Positions 20,814 to 31,462 of a stretch of 64,000 bases of DNA are shown in pieces. The number at the start of each line of letters is the position of its first letter. Within the stretch, counting starts at the first letter, position 1. The position numbers were made by a program, and so were the translations under genes. The stretch is from the IMG/VR virus record IMGVR_UViG_3300023179_000009, positions 394,814-458,813 of that record. The stretch is one strand, 5' to 3'. The notes below the pieces were generated by a model. That model was not told the origin of the DNA. It did not search any database and was given only the letters and a program-made list of their open reading frames with translations.

Positions 20814-21817
20814 GAGCGGATGTCGGGACTTACAATCTGGTTTGCTGTAAAAGAAATGACAATGGGGATTTTGTTTACAAACGTGAAGTGAATGCTTTTT
20901 TGTCAATGCCTCTTGATAATGATTTTGTTTTTAACATGATGAAGCAGGCTGGCGTTCCACTTATTCACAGGGAAGACGCAAACATAGCATACGCTCTTGG
21001 CGAAGCAGCCGTTAATATGGCCTACACAATGACTCAATTAGAATTAAAAAGACCAATGAAAGATGGTTGTGTTAATCCGAAAGAACAAGATGCTTTTCAA
21101 ATTATGAATATTATGATCCACAATCTTTTGGATGAAATAAAGCACGATAAGGAAGTGCTAGTTTACTGTGTTCCCGCAAATGCTATAAACGAACAAACTG
21201 ATGCTGATTATCATCAAAAGATTGTTGAAGCAATATTTAAAGCATACAAGTCAGAGAAAGGTTTTACCGTAGATGCGAGACCAATAAATGAAGCAATGGC
21301 TCTTGTTTATGCCGAACTAAAGGACAAGATGTTCACTGGAATTGGGGTTTCATGCGGAGCAGGCTTAGTTAATGTTGCATTCAGTCTTTTTGGTGCTCCT
21401 GTTTTCAGTTTTGCTCTCGCCAATTCGGGGGATTGGATAGACAAACAAGCCGCTTTGGCAACAGGCGAGACGATAGCCTTTATTAATAAAACAAAAACAA
21501 AAATAGACTTAGACAAAGAACCCGCCAATTTAGTGGAACGTGCAATAATCACTCAATATCAATTAATGATTGAAAAAACAGTGGGTGGTATCAAAAAAGG
21601 TCTGGAAAATAATAAAGAAAAAAATGCAAAGTTAGATGCACCTGTTGATTTTGTTCTTGCTGGGGGAACGTCTTCTCCTCCAGGTTTTGCGAAAATGTTT
21701 GAAAAACTTTTAAGACAAACAAAACTTCCGATAGAAATAGGCCGTGTTATTCATCCAAGCGACCCATTATTTAGTGTTGCTCGTGGTTGCTTGGTGGCCG
21801 CTGAAAATATAAAGTAA
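20804..21817 (+). CDS. Actin-fold ATPase (MreB/FtsA/ParM superfamily)
   Basis: Phosphate-1 IGADVGT, connect-1 INEAMA, phosphate-2 GVSCGAG, adenosine VLAGGTS, connect-2 SVARGC. Confidence 0.85.
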   Translation: MSIGADVGTYNLVCCKRNDNGDFVYKREVNAFLSMPLDNDFVFNMMKQAGVPLIHREDANIAYALGEAAVNMAYTMTQLELKRPMKDGCVNPKEQDAFQIMNIMIHNLLDEIKHDKEVLVYCVPANAINEQTDADYHQKIVEAIFKAYKSEKGFTVDARPINEAMALVYAELKDKMFTGIGVSCGAGLVNVAFSLFGAPVFSFALANSGDWIDKQAALATGETIAFINKTKTKIDLDKEPANLVERAIITQYQLMIEKTVGGIKKGLENNKEKNAKLDAPVDFVLAGGTSSPPGFAKMFEKLLRQTKLPIEIGRVIHPSDPLFSVARGCLVAAENIK

Positions 21818-21824
21818 AGGTAAA

Positions 21825-22316
21825 ATGACTGTTCTAAAATTTGTAAATGATTTAGGTGTCGCCGCTTATGTGTTAATGCACGGCTACACTGTTGTTGGCA
21901 AAAAAGCAAAATCTATTTATTTTGAGTGTGAAAATATTGAATCATCTAAAGAATTTGATAAATTAGTTTTGGAATATCAACCACCAAATGATTTTTACAC
22001 ATTTGACTCTTGTCTCATGTTTTTGAAAAAAATCAACGAAAGTGTTCCAGAGGTTATCGATGATAGAATACATAAGACTGTCGGTGATCTTGGTGTGGCG
22101 GCTTATTTGTTGATGCATGAATATAGACCTAAAAGTATGGGCTTAAAGGTTATCGGCAAAAAAGGAAAATATGTATATTTCGAACACCCCGAGGGTCGTG
22201 GCGACGACTTTGAAAGATTGAGCTACCAATATCTGCCTAGTCAATTCCAAGTTTATGATTCTAATTTGATGGCTTTGAAAAAAATTGGCGAACATATGCC
22301 GAAGAATAGACCTTAA
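21825..22316 (+). CDS. Tandem-repeat protein, DUF5659-like
   Basis: Two internal copies of (N/G)DLGVAAY(V/L)LMH...V(V/I)GKK...YF. Confidence 0.6.
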   Translation: MTVLKFVNDLGVAAYVLMHGYTVVGKKAKSIYFECENIESSKEFDKLVLEYQPPNDFYTFDSCLMFLKKINESVPEVIDDRIHKTVGDLGVAAYLLMHEYRPKSMGLKVIGKKGKYVYFEHPEGRGDDFERLSYQYLPSQFQVYDSNLMALKKIGEHMPKNRP

Positions 22317-22365
22317 GAAAAGTTTTCTTTCGATATATATATTTAGAAATATCGAAAAGGTGACC

Positions 22366-25300
22366 ATGAAAAGTTTTATAGAGTATAGAAAAAACAAATT
22401 GCTTAAAGGCAATAAATTAAATATTCAAGAATCTATTATTGAATGCTTTGATCTTTTAAAATTAGATCTATTAAAATCTATAAAATTACCGGATATCCTC
22501 TCTGAGAACACTAGAGTCAAAGCAATCACTGAATCTGCTTATGAAGTTTGTAAAAAAGAAGATTATCAAGACAATAAACAAATAATAGAATTAATAATTT
22601 CCGAATTTAAAAATAATTTTTGGTCACAATTGATATCGGAGGCGACTGCAACCGCTGAAAAAGAACCTAAGGTTACTGTTGATGATTTAAAAAAACAAAT
22701 GTCGGATGAAATAGACTCGATGGTTGGCGAATTAAAACAATTAGTTTCTCGCTCATTATCTGCCTCAAGAACAACAACCGGAAATGACGTTGAGGATGCA
22801 ACAACAAGTTCAACCGAACCCGGTGAAGAAAATTCACCAACACCCAAACTTACCGCAAATCAAGCAAAATACATAAGTGATTTGTATCAAAAATTAGGAA
22901 GAAACCCTCCGTCTGATCTTGATAAACTAAATCCTTTACAAGCCAGTAGGCTTATAGATCAATTAAAAAAACAAATAGGAGCGAGAACAGGATCGCCTGC
23001 TCCATCTTCGTCTCAATTCAACGCCAATCAAACGACTAGCGGGGATGCTGGTGGTGAAGATTTTTCATTAGACGAACCTACTTCTTCGCCAGCCAGTTCT
23101 TCTCCACTTCCTAGTCAACAGGTTATGAATGGAAGATATGTTTTGCCAAATGATTGGAAAAGCAAATACGGAACAAGATATGGCACTGAGAGACCGACAT
23201 ATCCTGACGGGTTTAAACCAGCACCATATGGACACATGAGACCGAGCGATGGTTGGCTAGGTGGTTTGAAAAGAACAATTTGGGATCCTGCTACCGGCTG
23301 GCTAAAAAATAAAACCAGGAACTTTAGAAGACGCTGGCACAGAGATGAGTTTAGAGAACATTTTATTAATTTAGAAAATATATTCTTGGAAAATGCTGTG
23401 GAGATCATGAGTGATATTGACACATGGACCACAAGATTGAAAGATATTGTTTTAAATAAATACTTTGATCAAATTAAAAACTTTTTAAGTGGAGATGTTC
23501 AATCTTTGCCAAAAACCAAAGATTCCGTCGCCGGGAAAACTGGCGATGTTAGTCCAAGACAACAATCGCCCGCTGTTGATGCTGGATCTGGTAAAGTTGA
23601 TGACGACGATGTTGAATACGAAGACGATAATAAGGCCGAAGGCCCCACAGGTGATGTTCAACCCAAGAAATCAAATGATGCTTCCGTCGATTCCAATATT
23701 CAAAAAACTGATTTTACAAAGAAGGAAAGCATATCTGAAGGTGCAAATTTATTGAAGCTGACTTATAGGGACGATAAATTTTACACTTCTAATTCTAATG
23801 AAGAATTAGAGGGAAGTGTTTTGAGAAATTTTTTAATCAGGCAACTTTTAAAGATTTTTCAAAAAGATCAAAAATTACAAGATGAAGTTTGGAAATCAAA
23901 AGATCTAAAAGAAAGAGATGAAGCCGAAGCAAGGTTGGATAAAATTATTGCTAGCTCAATCAAAAGACCCACGGATTTTGAACTACAAATAATAAATGAA
24001 TGGCTTGGTAAATTTGAATCTATTGCATTAACCGGCTATAGCAATAAAAAAACAAATTTTCCTTTAATTTTGGCATATTTCAAATGGCATAAAAAAGAAA
24101 AGTATGGGTTAGATATTAAAACCAATAAAAGAGAACCTAGAAAAACCGAGGGCGATGACTCTGGTGAGGTTGCAGCAAAAAAACAAGATTTAACACCTGA
24201 GCAAAAAAAAGATTTGGAAGAATTCAATAGATTTAAAAAAGAATTCCCTAAAGCTTATAAAAAGTTAATTGATAGTTTCGAAGGCGGAACCGAAGAGGAG
24301 CGGATTAAAGATACCGAAGTTTGGGTTTTAGAGGCGGGCTTAGGAGAAGAATCTGAATTAAAACAAATTATTGAATTTCTAAAAAAACAATCAGGTGAAG
24401 AGTCACAAGAATCAGGTGAAGAGTCACAAGAATCAGGTGAAGAGTCACAAGAATCAGGTGAAGAGTCACAAGAATTAAAAAAAAAATCCCTAACTGATGA
24501 GGAATTTATTTTTAGTTTGCAAAAAAAATGGTTTGAGAACAATAAGTCAACATTAGATTTAAGAGATGTTTTAACAAACAAATTCATTGACAGCGGGAAA
24601 GGGCCGCTAACATTAGATGATCTCAAAAATATAGTTAGTGATTTTGATTTGGAAGACAAAGATCAAATTGAAGAAGCTAGGCAAAAAGTTATGGATGCTG
24701 TTAGAAAGCACCCTATAACTTTGGAAAGAAAAAAAGTAAATAGAGATCAATTAAAAAAAACTAAAGACTCAGATGTAGTTGACCCCGAAACTACGACAAT
24801 AAAAATAAATTCAAACAAAGAAGAAGAGAACCAGATTAAAGATGAACTGGACGAGAATGAAGTTTATCAAAGAATTTATGAAAAATATCAAAATTATCTA
24901 ATTAGCAAAGGCTCAAAAGGAGATGATTTAAGAAATGGCCTAGATTTGTTTGACGAAAAAATTATACAAGATATTTTATTGAAAGGCAAAGATAAAATTG
25001 AAGACATTCTATCTACGCAAGAAAGTCTTTTAGACAATTTGATTGAAAAAATCAAAAAAGATCCCGTACCCGAAAATTCGGATGTGCCCGAGGAGTTAGA
25101 GTCTTCTTTTGAAAAATTAGAAAGAGACACGCAGTACAAAGATTTGACAAAGCAATATGTTGATTCGTTGAGAGGTCAAGGAAAAGATGAAGAAACTATA
25201 AAAAAAGAATTGCATAAAAAAACATTAAAACATGCAAAAGAAATGTTTGATCAAGAAAAAACAATAAAACAAATTGTTCAAGATTATGAAAAAGAATTGG

Positions 25301-25959
25301 GCATAATCCCCGAAGAAAGTCCAGATAAAACTAAATCTTCGCAAAAGTCAGATTCTCAAGAAGAAATCAATAGGATCGCAAGAGATTCAGGGGAAATTAC
25401 TCGAACATCTTCGGGAGATAATGAGGGAACAACTAAATTAGGTGAAGAAAAAAATATAGAAAAAACTATAAAAGACATAACAAAACATGTTAAGTTGCAG
25501 GGCGGCAGTTTGTCTCTAAGAGATGGGAAACTTTTAATTAAAAACAGAGATAAATTAGATAAAAAAACTCAAAATTTAATTAAAAAACACAGGGAAGAAA
25601 TAATAGATTTTTTAACCCCAAAAGAAACAAGATCTCAGAAGACATCGCCAGAAGAAGCAATTGAAAAAAAAGTTAAGCCCGATGATAAAAAACTTGAAGA
25701 AATCCCTGAGAGATTAAAAAATATAGATGGATACGATTCATTGAGACAAGAAATAATAAAAATAATTGAGGGCAGCAATAATCAAGTGATGCGTAATATT
25801 TTAATGAGAAAAGAGTCAGAGTGGCTGGATTCAGATTTGGATGACAATCAAATAATAAAAAATTTAAGAGAATTAAAAAATCGTTTTGAGTCTCAAACAA
25901 GAAAAACTGAGGGTTTTTTGGGGATATTAAAAAGATTTAAAGAGTTAGTTAATTCATAA
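22366..25959 (+). CDS. Very large charged protein with CTS-like N-terminus (putative internal/ejection protein)
   Basis: Start MKSFIEYR at 22366 after AAGGTGA; low-complexity K/E/D content; DUF3072-like and TubC_N-like segments. Confidence 0.6.
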   Translation: MKSFIEYRKNKLLKGNKLNIQESIIECFDLLKLDLLKSIKLPDILSENTRVKAITESAYEVCKKEDYQDNKQIIELIISEFKNNFWSQLISEATATAEKEPKVTVDDLKKQMSDEIDSMVGELKQLVSRSLSASRTTTGNDVEDATTSSTEPGEENSPTPKLTANQAKYISDLYQKLGRNPPSDLDKLNPLQASRLIDQLKKQIGARTGSPAPSSSQFNANQTTSGDAGGEDFSLDEPTSSPASSSPLPSQQVMNGRYVLPNDWKSKYGTRYGTERPTYPDGFKPAPYGHMRPSDGWLGGLKRTIWDPATGWLKNKTRNFRRRWHRDEFREHFINLENIFLENAVEIMSDIDTWTTRLKDIVLNKYFDQIKNFLSGDVQSLPKTKDSVAGKTGDVSPRQQSPAVDAGSGKVDDDDVEYEDDNKAEGPTGDVQPKKSNDASVDSNIQKTDFTKKESISEGANLLKLTYRDDKFYTSNSNEELEGSVLRNFLIRQLLKIFQKDQKLQDEVWKSKDLKERDEAEARLDKIIASSIKRPTDFELQIINEWLGKFESIALTGYSNKKTNFPLILAYFKWHKKEKYGLDIKTNKREPRKTEGDDSGEVAAKKQDLTPEQKKDLEEFNRFKKEFPKAYKKLIDSFEGGTEEERIKDTEVWVLEAGLGEESELKQIIEFLKKQSGEESQESGEESQESGEESQESGEESQELKKKSLTDEEFIFSLQKKWFENNKSTLDLRDVLTNKFIDSGKGPLTLDDLKNIVSDFDLEDKDQIEEARQKVMDAVRKHPITLERKKVNRDQLKKTKDSDVVDPETTTIKINSNKEEENQIKDELDENEVYQRIYEKYQNYLISKGSKGDDLRNGLDLFDEKIIQDILLKGKDKIEDILSTQESLLDNLIEKIKKDPVPENSDVPEELESSFEKLERDTQYKDLTKQYVDSLRGQGKDEETIKKELHKKTLKHAKEMFDQEKTIKQIVQDYEKELGIIPEESPDKTKSSQKSDSQEEINRIARDSGEITRTSSGDNEGTTKLGEEKNIEKTIKDITKHVKLQGGSLSLRDGKLLIKNRDKLDKKTQNLIKKHREEIIDFLTPKETRSQKTSPEEAIEKKVKPDDKKLEEIPERLKNIDGYDSLRQEIIKIIEGSNNQVMRNILMRKESEWLDSDLDDNQIIKNLRELKNRFESQTRKTEGFLGILKRFKELVNS
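24391..24474 (+). repeat. Perfect 21-bp tandem repeat x4 (encodes SGEESQE)
   Basis: TCAGGTGAAGAGTCACAAGAA four times in frame. Confidence 0.95.
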
Positions 25960-26442
25960 TTATTTTTTAAATATCTGATCCTGTGCTTCGAATGTTCTTC
26001 TAGATTGTTCAGCTAAACTTTCTAAACTTGCTATATCAACAAAAGAAGCATCTCCTTGCTGATCCTGCTCTGCTTCTTTTTTTTCAATAATAGGAAGAGT
26101 TTCTTGTTGGGGTTTGTTTTTTACTTTTGCTTTTATATCGCTTTCTAACTTCTCTCCAGTTCTTTCTTCATATTCTTTTATCATTAAAGCGTGTTCGGGA
26201 TTGCTTGAATCTAATTCAACTTCTTCATGAATTGAAATTATATGTTGCGTTGTGAAAAAACTCACAAGGTCATCGTTGTATGGGTGTGTTCCCCAAATTC
26301 CATCAGAATTTATAGTTTGAACTCTAATGACGAAGTGTTCACGAGAAATAGTTTCATCAAAACTTCTATTCATAGATGTGGTCACAACACTACACACTTT
26401 TCCAACAAAATATTGAAGTTCTTTGATTGTGTTTGAAGTCAT
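25960..26442 (-). CDS. Hypothetical protein
   Basis: 160-aa ORF converging on the large gene. Confidence 0.55.
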   Translation of the reverse strand: MTSNTIKELQYFVGKVCSVVTTSMNRSFDETISREHFVIRVQTINSDGIWGTHPYNDDLVSFFTTQHIISIHEEVELDSSNPEHALMIKEYEERTGEKLESDIKAKVKNKPQQETLPIIEKKEAEQDQQGDASFVDIASLESLAEQSRRTFEAQDQIFKK

Positions 26443-26474
26443 AATTTTTTAAATAATAATGGTAAATAAATTAT

Positions 26475-26798
26475 ATGCCATCAAAAAGCAAAAGTCAACA
26501 AAGATTGTTTGGAATAATTCATTCTTGTCAAAAGAATGAAAAGAAAAAGATATGCTCAGAGCCTAGTATTAAAAAAATTATACAAAATATTAGTAAAAAA
26601 GACGCAAAAGATTTTGCCAGCACAAAACATGAAGATTTGCCCGAGAGGTTGGAGAGTTTTAAAAATTGGCTTGAAAGCCAAAAAGGAGAAAAAATGGAAG
26701 AAAACAAATGTATGTGCGATTGCCCACCTTGCAAAAGTGGCGATTGCTCAAGCTGCACCTGCAAAAATTGTAAATGTGAAAACTGCACTTGCAACTAA
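26475..26798 (+). CDS. DUF3008-like protein with a C-terminal metallothionein-like Cys-rich tail
   Basis: MPSKSKSQQRLFG...AKDFASTKHEDLPE, then 11 Cys in the last 29 residues. Confidence 0.65.
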   Translation: MPSKSKSQQRLFGIIHSCQKNEKKKICSEPSIKKIIQNISKKDAKDFASTKHEDLPERLESFKNWLESQKGEKMEENKCMCDCPPCKSGDCSSCTCKNCKCENCTCN

Positions 26799-27856
26799 AT
26801 TTTATTTGCCAAAAGTATAGGGCGAGTGTCTTTTGTAAACAATTTAATGTATTTGTTTACGTAAGATACTAGTGTTTCTAAATTTTTATTTACTAAAAGA
26901 CCATTCCAATCTTTGTAGATTTTAGGTGGTCTAACGAAGTATATTTCTTTAAATCCTTTTGAAAGCAAATTTTCGCCAATATTAAGCATTGCCTCCAAGC
27001 CAGCCTCATCTGAGTCGAATGCTAAAACCGGCACAAAGTCTTTAATTAAATCTATTTGTGTTTCTGATAAGAATTTACCGCCACAAGCACAAGCATTTAA
27101 TCCTGCTTGTTTAATTGTGAGTGCATCAAACTCTCCCTCCATTATAAACAATTTTTCTCCTAAACAATTCCAATTAGTCATAAATAAAACATTTTTTTGA
27201 TCCACTACAGAGGTGGGGCATTTCATATATCGAAGTGTATTCCTCCGATCTGTTATGGATCTTGCGTTGTAATAAATTAAATTACTAGATTTATCATAAT
27301 ATGGAATAACTATTCTATTTTTGTATTCGCCCGAAACACAAACATATAAACCTTCACAATTTATTTTTCTGGCAGTTAGGTATTGTTCGGCTTTTTTCTT
27401 CATAAAATGATGAGGGTATTCCGCCGAGATCAAATAGGAATGGGGCGGCAACTGGAGATCGACTTTTTTTTCTTTGTCTTCGTGTCTGACAATATTGTTG
27501 CTTTGATTAAAGAAATCATGAACTTTTTCTTCGAGATCACGAAGAGAAGAACCCTCAGATATTCTGTATTCGGCTTCTTCCCAGTCAACTTTATCTAGTT
27601 CTGAAACCAAGCCAACCAAGGATCCCATTTGGTCCGTCAACCAACATCTATATGATCCGAATTCAGGATGTTTAGACTTTCCCCCGCTTGGATTCATCCA
27701 TAAGTGAAATTTGTTGTCTGTTTTGCCGAGTTTATCCTCTGACCAAGGAGAATTAGTACATATTTCTGTTCCGTGTGCTGTGTTTCTAAGTTTTATGTTA
27801 TGCTCTCCAAACTTTTGTTTAGACCATTCATAAAACAAATCAAAATCAACTGACAT
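26795..27856 (-). CDS. gp61: DNA primase (T4 gp61/DnaG-like)
   Basis: RIVIPYY...YYNARSI, Toprim FIMEGEFDAL, AFDSDEAG, PPKIYKDWN. Confidence 0.9.
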   Translation of the reverse strand: MSVDFDLFYEWSKQKFGEHNIKLRNTAHGTEICTNSPWSEDKLGKTDNKFHLWMNPSGGKSKHPEFGSYRCWLTDQMGSLVGLVSELDKVDWEEAEYRISEGSSLRDLEEKVHDFFNQSNNIVRHEDKEKKVDLQLPPHSYLISAEYPHHFMKKKAEQYLTARKINCEGLYVCVSGEYKNRIVIPYYDKSSNLIYYNARSITDRRNTLRYMKCPTSVVDQKNVLFMTNWNCLGEKLFIMEGEFDALTIKQAGLNACACGGKFLSETQIDLIKDFVPVLAFDSDEAGLEAMLNIGENLLSKGFKEIYFVRPPKIYKDWNGLLVNKNLETLVSYVNKYIKLFTKDTRPILLANKI

Positions 27857-27921
27857 TTTGTTTTCCTCGCTGTTGATTTATATCAGAATTTTTAGGATAA
27901 TTCAACTTTGAGGAAATTTTT

Positions 27922-28758
27922 ATGGATATAAATCACCTGTCAGTTAGTAGAAAAAAGACATTCGATCAGTGTTCGCAGTTATACAAATTCAAATATCATC
28001 TCAAAACACCTTCGCCGCAACCAGAGCCTTTTTACTTTGTGTATGGAAATTTGGTTCACAAAATAGCGGAGTTGTATGTTGCCGAAAAGGGGTCTAAAGC
28101 AATAGACAAAATAGCCTTAGATGTGCTGCATGGAAAAATCGAATTAAAAGAGGGCAAAAAATGTCCCAAATTGCCAAAAGAATATCAAAATAAAATAGGC
28201 AAAGACATAAAGGCAATTAAAAATTTAACAAAAAAAATAGGATTTGATGGTTATGTTGAATATGATTTTACTTACGATTTGGACCCGCCAAACAAAAAAA
28301 ATGTTATAGGTTTTATAGACCGATTGATAATAAAGGAAGATTCAAAACAAAAAAAAGCTTTTATAATTGATTATAAGACAACCAAAAAAGGAAAACATCG
28401 ACTTAACAACGAAACTGTTTTATATGACTTACAACTTAGATGTTACTGTAGAGTGGTTCAAAAAATATTTGACATACCAGCGTCGAATATAAAGGCGGCA
28501 CTTTTTTATTTAGATGGAGAAAATTTGATCGCTGCCCAATACAACCAAGACTCACTAGATAGGGTTGAAAAAGAATTAAAAAATGGATATGTGACTATTG
28601 AAGAAACAAAATCAGAAACAGTTCGTGGTAGTGTTGGGTGGCACTGCAAAAACTGTGAGTATTCGAGCATTTGTCAATTTTATAAATCCCAAAATCAATC
28701 AAATGAATCTTGGAATGGGGATTTGTTGGAATTGGGACACGATAATTCTTGGAATTAA
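27922..28758 (+). CDS. PD-(D/E)XK RecB/Cas4-like exonuclease
   Basis: HLSVS...C..LY, GNLVH, GFIDRL, IIDYKT, QLRCY, C-terminal HCKNCEYSSIC Cys cluster. Confidence 0.9.
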   Translation: MDINHLSVSRKKTFDQCSQLYKFKYHLKTPSPQPEPFYFVYGNLVHKIAELYVAEKGSKAIDKIALDVLHGKIELKEGKKCPKLPKEYQNKIGKDIKAIKNLTKKIGFDGYVEYDFTYDLDPPNKKNVIGFIDRLIIKEDSKQKKAFIIDYKTTKKGKHRLNNETVLYDLQLRCYCRVVQKIFDIPASNIKAALFYLDGENLIAAQYNQDSLDRVEKELKNGYVTIEETKSETVRGSVGWHCKNCEYSSICQFYKSQNQSNESWNGDLLELGHDNSWN

Positions 28759-29648
28759 TTTTTGGGTAAAGGAATATAGTCTTCTGGGTAAATGCCCTGC
28801 GGATTATTTCTATCTATAATAGGTAATTTTCTTGCCCAACTAGATCCAATTTCGTTTAGCCACCCAAATCCTTGTTGTTCGTTGATTTCTCTTAACACTT
28901 TTAATGGTGTAAACAAACCATTCCCGTTTCCTTGTATGTCAGTTGTCCCCCAGCATATTCCAACAAAAAAATCTTCTGACATTAAACCGCCACCGGATCT
29001 TCCTGGTCTTGGGCTATTCTCTGTTGTTACTATATCTGGCCCTCTTTCGCCTAGATAACGAACATCGTAGTGGGCAACTTCTCTACCACCATCGCAACCA
29101 AGAGAATGCAATCTCACGTTTGTGTTAAAGTTAAAATCTGGTGGGGATATTGGAAAGTAGTTTGGAACCCAATCTGGTTTAAATTTTACTAAACTACAAT
29201 CTCTGCCTCTATCATTAAAATAAAAAAGAACTTCGGCTTTGTATGATTTTGGTTTATCTAATTTAGTTTCATTGTGATACCAAGTTATTACGTCGCAATT
29301 TAATTTTTTTTTGGCACCATCTTCGGCATTCATGTTCCCAGACCACAGGTGACCGCAAGATTGAACATAAGCATAATTTTCCTTTGTGTCATAAAAAATT
29401 ATAGTTCCAGAGCCGGATGCGTTTTTGACCGATATTTTTATACTTACACATAACCATTTTTTAAATTTTTCATCTCTTTGATCTATCGGAACTCCGCCAA
29501 TTGCCAAATGTGCATATGGGTCATCCCCAACAATTGGCATTGGCTCCACTGGCTTGGTTATTTTATTTTTTTCTAAATATTTAGTGAAAAATAGAAAAAC
29601 CAAAGAGCTAAAAATTAAAAATAAAAAAAATAAAATTTTTTTAGTCAT
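28755..29648 (-). CDS. Membrane-anchored trypsin-like serine protease
   Basis: N-terminal hydrophobic anchor; triad SCGHLW / RDCSLV / GRSGGGL. Confidence 0.85.
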   Translation of the reverse strand: MTKKILFFLFLIFSSLVFLFFTKYLEKNKITKPVEPMPIVGDDPYAHLAIGGVPIDQRDEKFKKWLCVSIKISVKNASGSGTIIFYDTKENYAYVQSCGHLWSGNMNAEDGAKKKLNCDVITWYHNETKLDKPKSYKAEVLFYFNDRGRDCSLVKFKPDWVPNYFPISPPDFNFNTNVRLHSLGCDGGREVAHYDVRYLGERGPDIVTTENSPRPGRSGGGLMSEDFFVGICWGTTDIQGNGNGLFTPLKVLREINEQQGFGWLNEIGSSWARKLPIIDRNNPQGIYPEDYIPLPKN

Positions 29649-29671
29649 TCGTTCCTTTACTATATTAATTT

Positions 29672-30094
29672 ATGCTTAAACTAACAATTAATCACAATAT
29701 TTATGTTTCGAGAGAACAATCTTATCTCCTTCATCAAGGAAAAGAAGTAACAACAATAGGTGCTAGTGTCCCTGTGTGGTTTTATAATAAAGTTTCTTCT
29801 GAGCCTGCGATAGAAGTTTTTTGTAAATATTATATAAAAAACCCTAAAAAAGAAGTGCCCATAAAAATTTTAGAGGATGGTTACGAAATAAACTTGCCTT
29901 TTCAAGAAAAGTCTATTGATGGTAAAGAAATTTCTTCAAAAAGTCTTCTGGATATATGCGACGGAGGATCTGAGTTTTTGAATTACAGAGAACTAAACAA
30001 AGTTTTAGTAAAAGATAAAACTTTGAGTATTATGCATTATATAACAATAAATAGACTAGAAAAAATAGAAGAAACTTTTAATCAAGGTTTTTAA
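29672..30094 (+). CDS. Hypothetical protein
   Basis: 140-aa ORF divergent from the protease gene. Confidence 0.5.
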   Translation: MLKLTINHNIYVSREQSYLLHQGKEVTTIGASVPVWFYNKVSSEPAIEVFCKYYIKNPKKEVPIKILEDGYEINLPFQEKSIDGKEISSKSLLDICDGGSEFLNYRELNKVLVKDKTLSIMHYITINRLEKIEETFNQGF

Positions 30095-30119
30095 CTAATT
30101 TCTTTTAAGGCTTAGCATT

Positions 30120-30641
30120 TCATGGGCAATCACGTATTTGCATGCCAATTCTCAAAGTAACCGAATCGCCCACATTAAGCGATATCACATCAGACAATAC
30201 AGCAGTTGATATGAGCCTGTAGGTGTTTTGAACCTCTGCCGCTAAAAATAAATTGGATACCGGTCCCCAAGATCCTGCCGTGGATCTAAAGGCAACTATT
30301 GGGCTTGTTGCAACATAATGATCTTGAATAAAATTAATTGCAAAATCTCCCGAAGAGGATAATTCTGCTCTTTGATAACCTCCACCAAAAGGCTCTCCTA
30401 TTAAATCATTCATCACATCATCTACATTGACTTGCTGTCTTCTGTCTAGTCCCAAATAATAGAAATTTGGAATAATAGTACTGTTTTTTCCACCCACAAA
30501 AGCCGCCTGTAAGAGAAATTGCTCTCCTTCTTGGTGTAAAATGTTTTTAATATTTTTTTCTTCCCAAAGAATATTTCCAAGATAATCCCTGTGTTGGATT
30601 TCTTGTATCTTCATTATTCCAGGCCAATTTTTGTTTTTCAT
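30120..30641 (-). CDS. Putative virion tail-associated protein
   Basis: GNILWEEKNIKNILHQEGE...GGYQR...V.F...GSWGPV pattern; distantly like 6998..7471. Confidence 0.5.
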   Translation of the reverse strand: MKNKNWPGIMKIQEIQHRDYLGNILWEEKNIKNILHQEGEQFLLQAAFVGGKNSTIIPNFYYLGLDRRQQVNVDDVMNDLIGEPFGGGYQRAELSSSGDFAINFIQDHYVATSPIVAFRSTAGSWGPVSNLFLAAEVQNTYRLISTAVLSDVISLNVGDSVTLRIGMQIRDCP

Positions 30642-30691
30642 AAATTTTTATTATCCTTTTCTAGATATTATAGCAAATTTAAAAAAATACT

Positions 30692-30892
30692 ATGAAATTT
30701 AAAAATTGGATCCAAAAAGAAAATCTTGCTGGTCCCGGTGGAGGGCCAAGTTTTTCTCCCGAAGATCAAGAGGCTTTAAACCTAAACATTTCAACAAGAG
30801 GGGCCGGAGCTTTTCCTAATTTTTCTCAAAAAATAAAGTTTATGTCGAAAAATAAAAACGAAAAGATACGACAAAAAAAGTTAATTTTTTAA
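30692..30892 (+). CDS. Small protein with CTS-like N-terminus
   Basis: Begins MKFKNWIQKE. Confidence 0.5.
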   Translation: MKFKNWIQKENLAGPGGGPSFSPEDQEALNLNISTRGAGAFPNFSQKIKFMSKNKNEKIRQKKLIF

Positions 30893-30896
30893 ATTT

Positions 30897-31403
<507 letters not shown>

Positions 31404-31433
31404 TTTCTACTCCGGGTTAAAGGGACAAATGTT

Positions 31434-31462
31434 ATATTAGAAAAAATTTTAAAATTTTGCAA
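31434..31462 (-). promoter_or_regulatory. Sigma70-type promoter TTGCAA-N17-TAATAT
   Basis: Consensus-like boxes with 17-nt spacing upstream of the acidic-protein gene. Confidence 0.55.

Noticed and set aside
22366-25959. Tape-measure protein
   Set aside because: No Ala/Gly-rich periodicity, hydrophobic segment or adjacent tail tube and chaperone genes
27922-28758. CRISPR-associated Cas4
   Set aside because: No cas1/cas2 or array in the window; stand-alone Cas4-like exonucleases next to replication genes are common in phages
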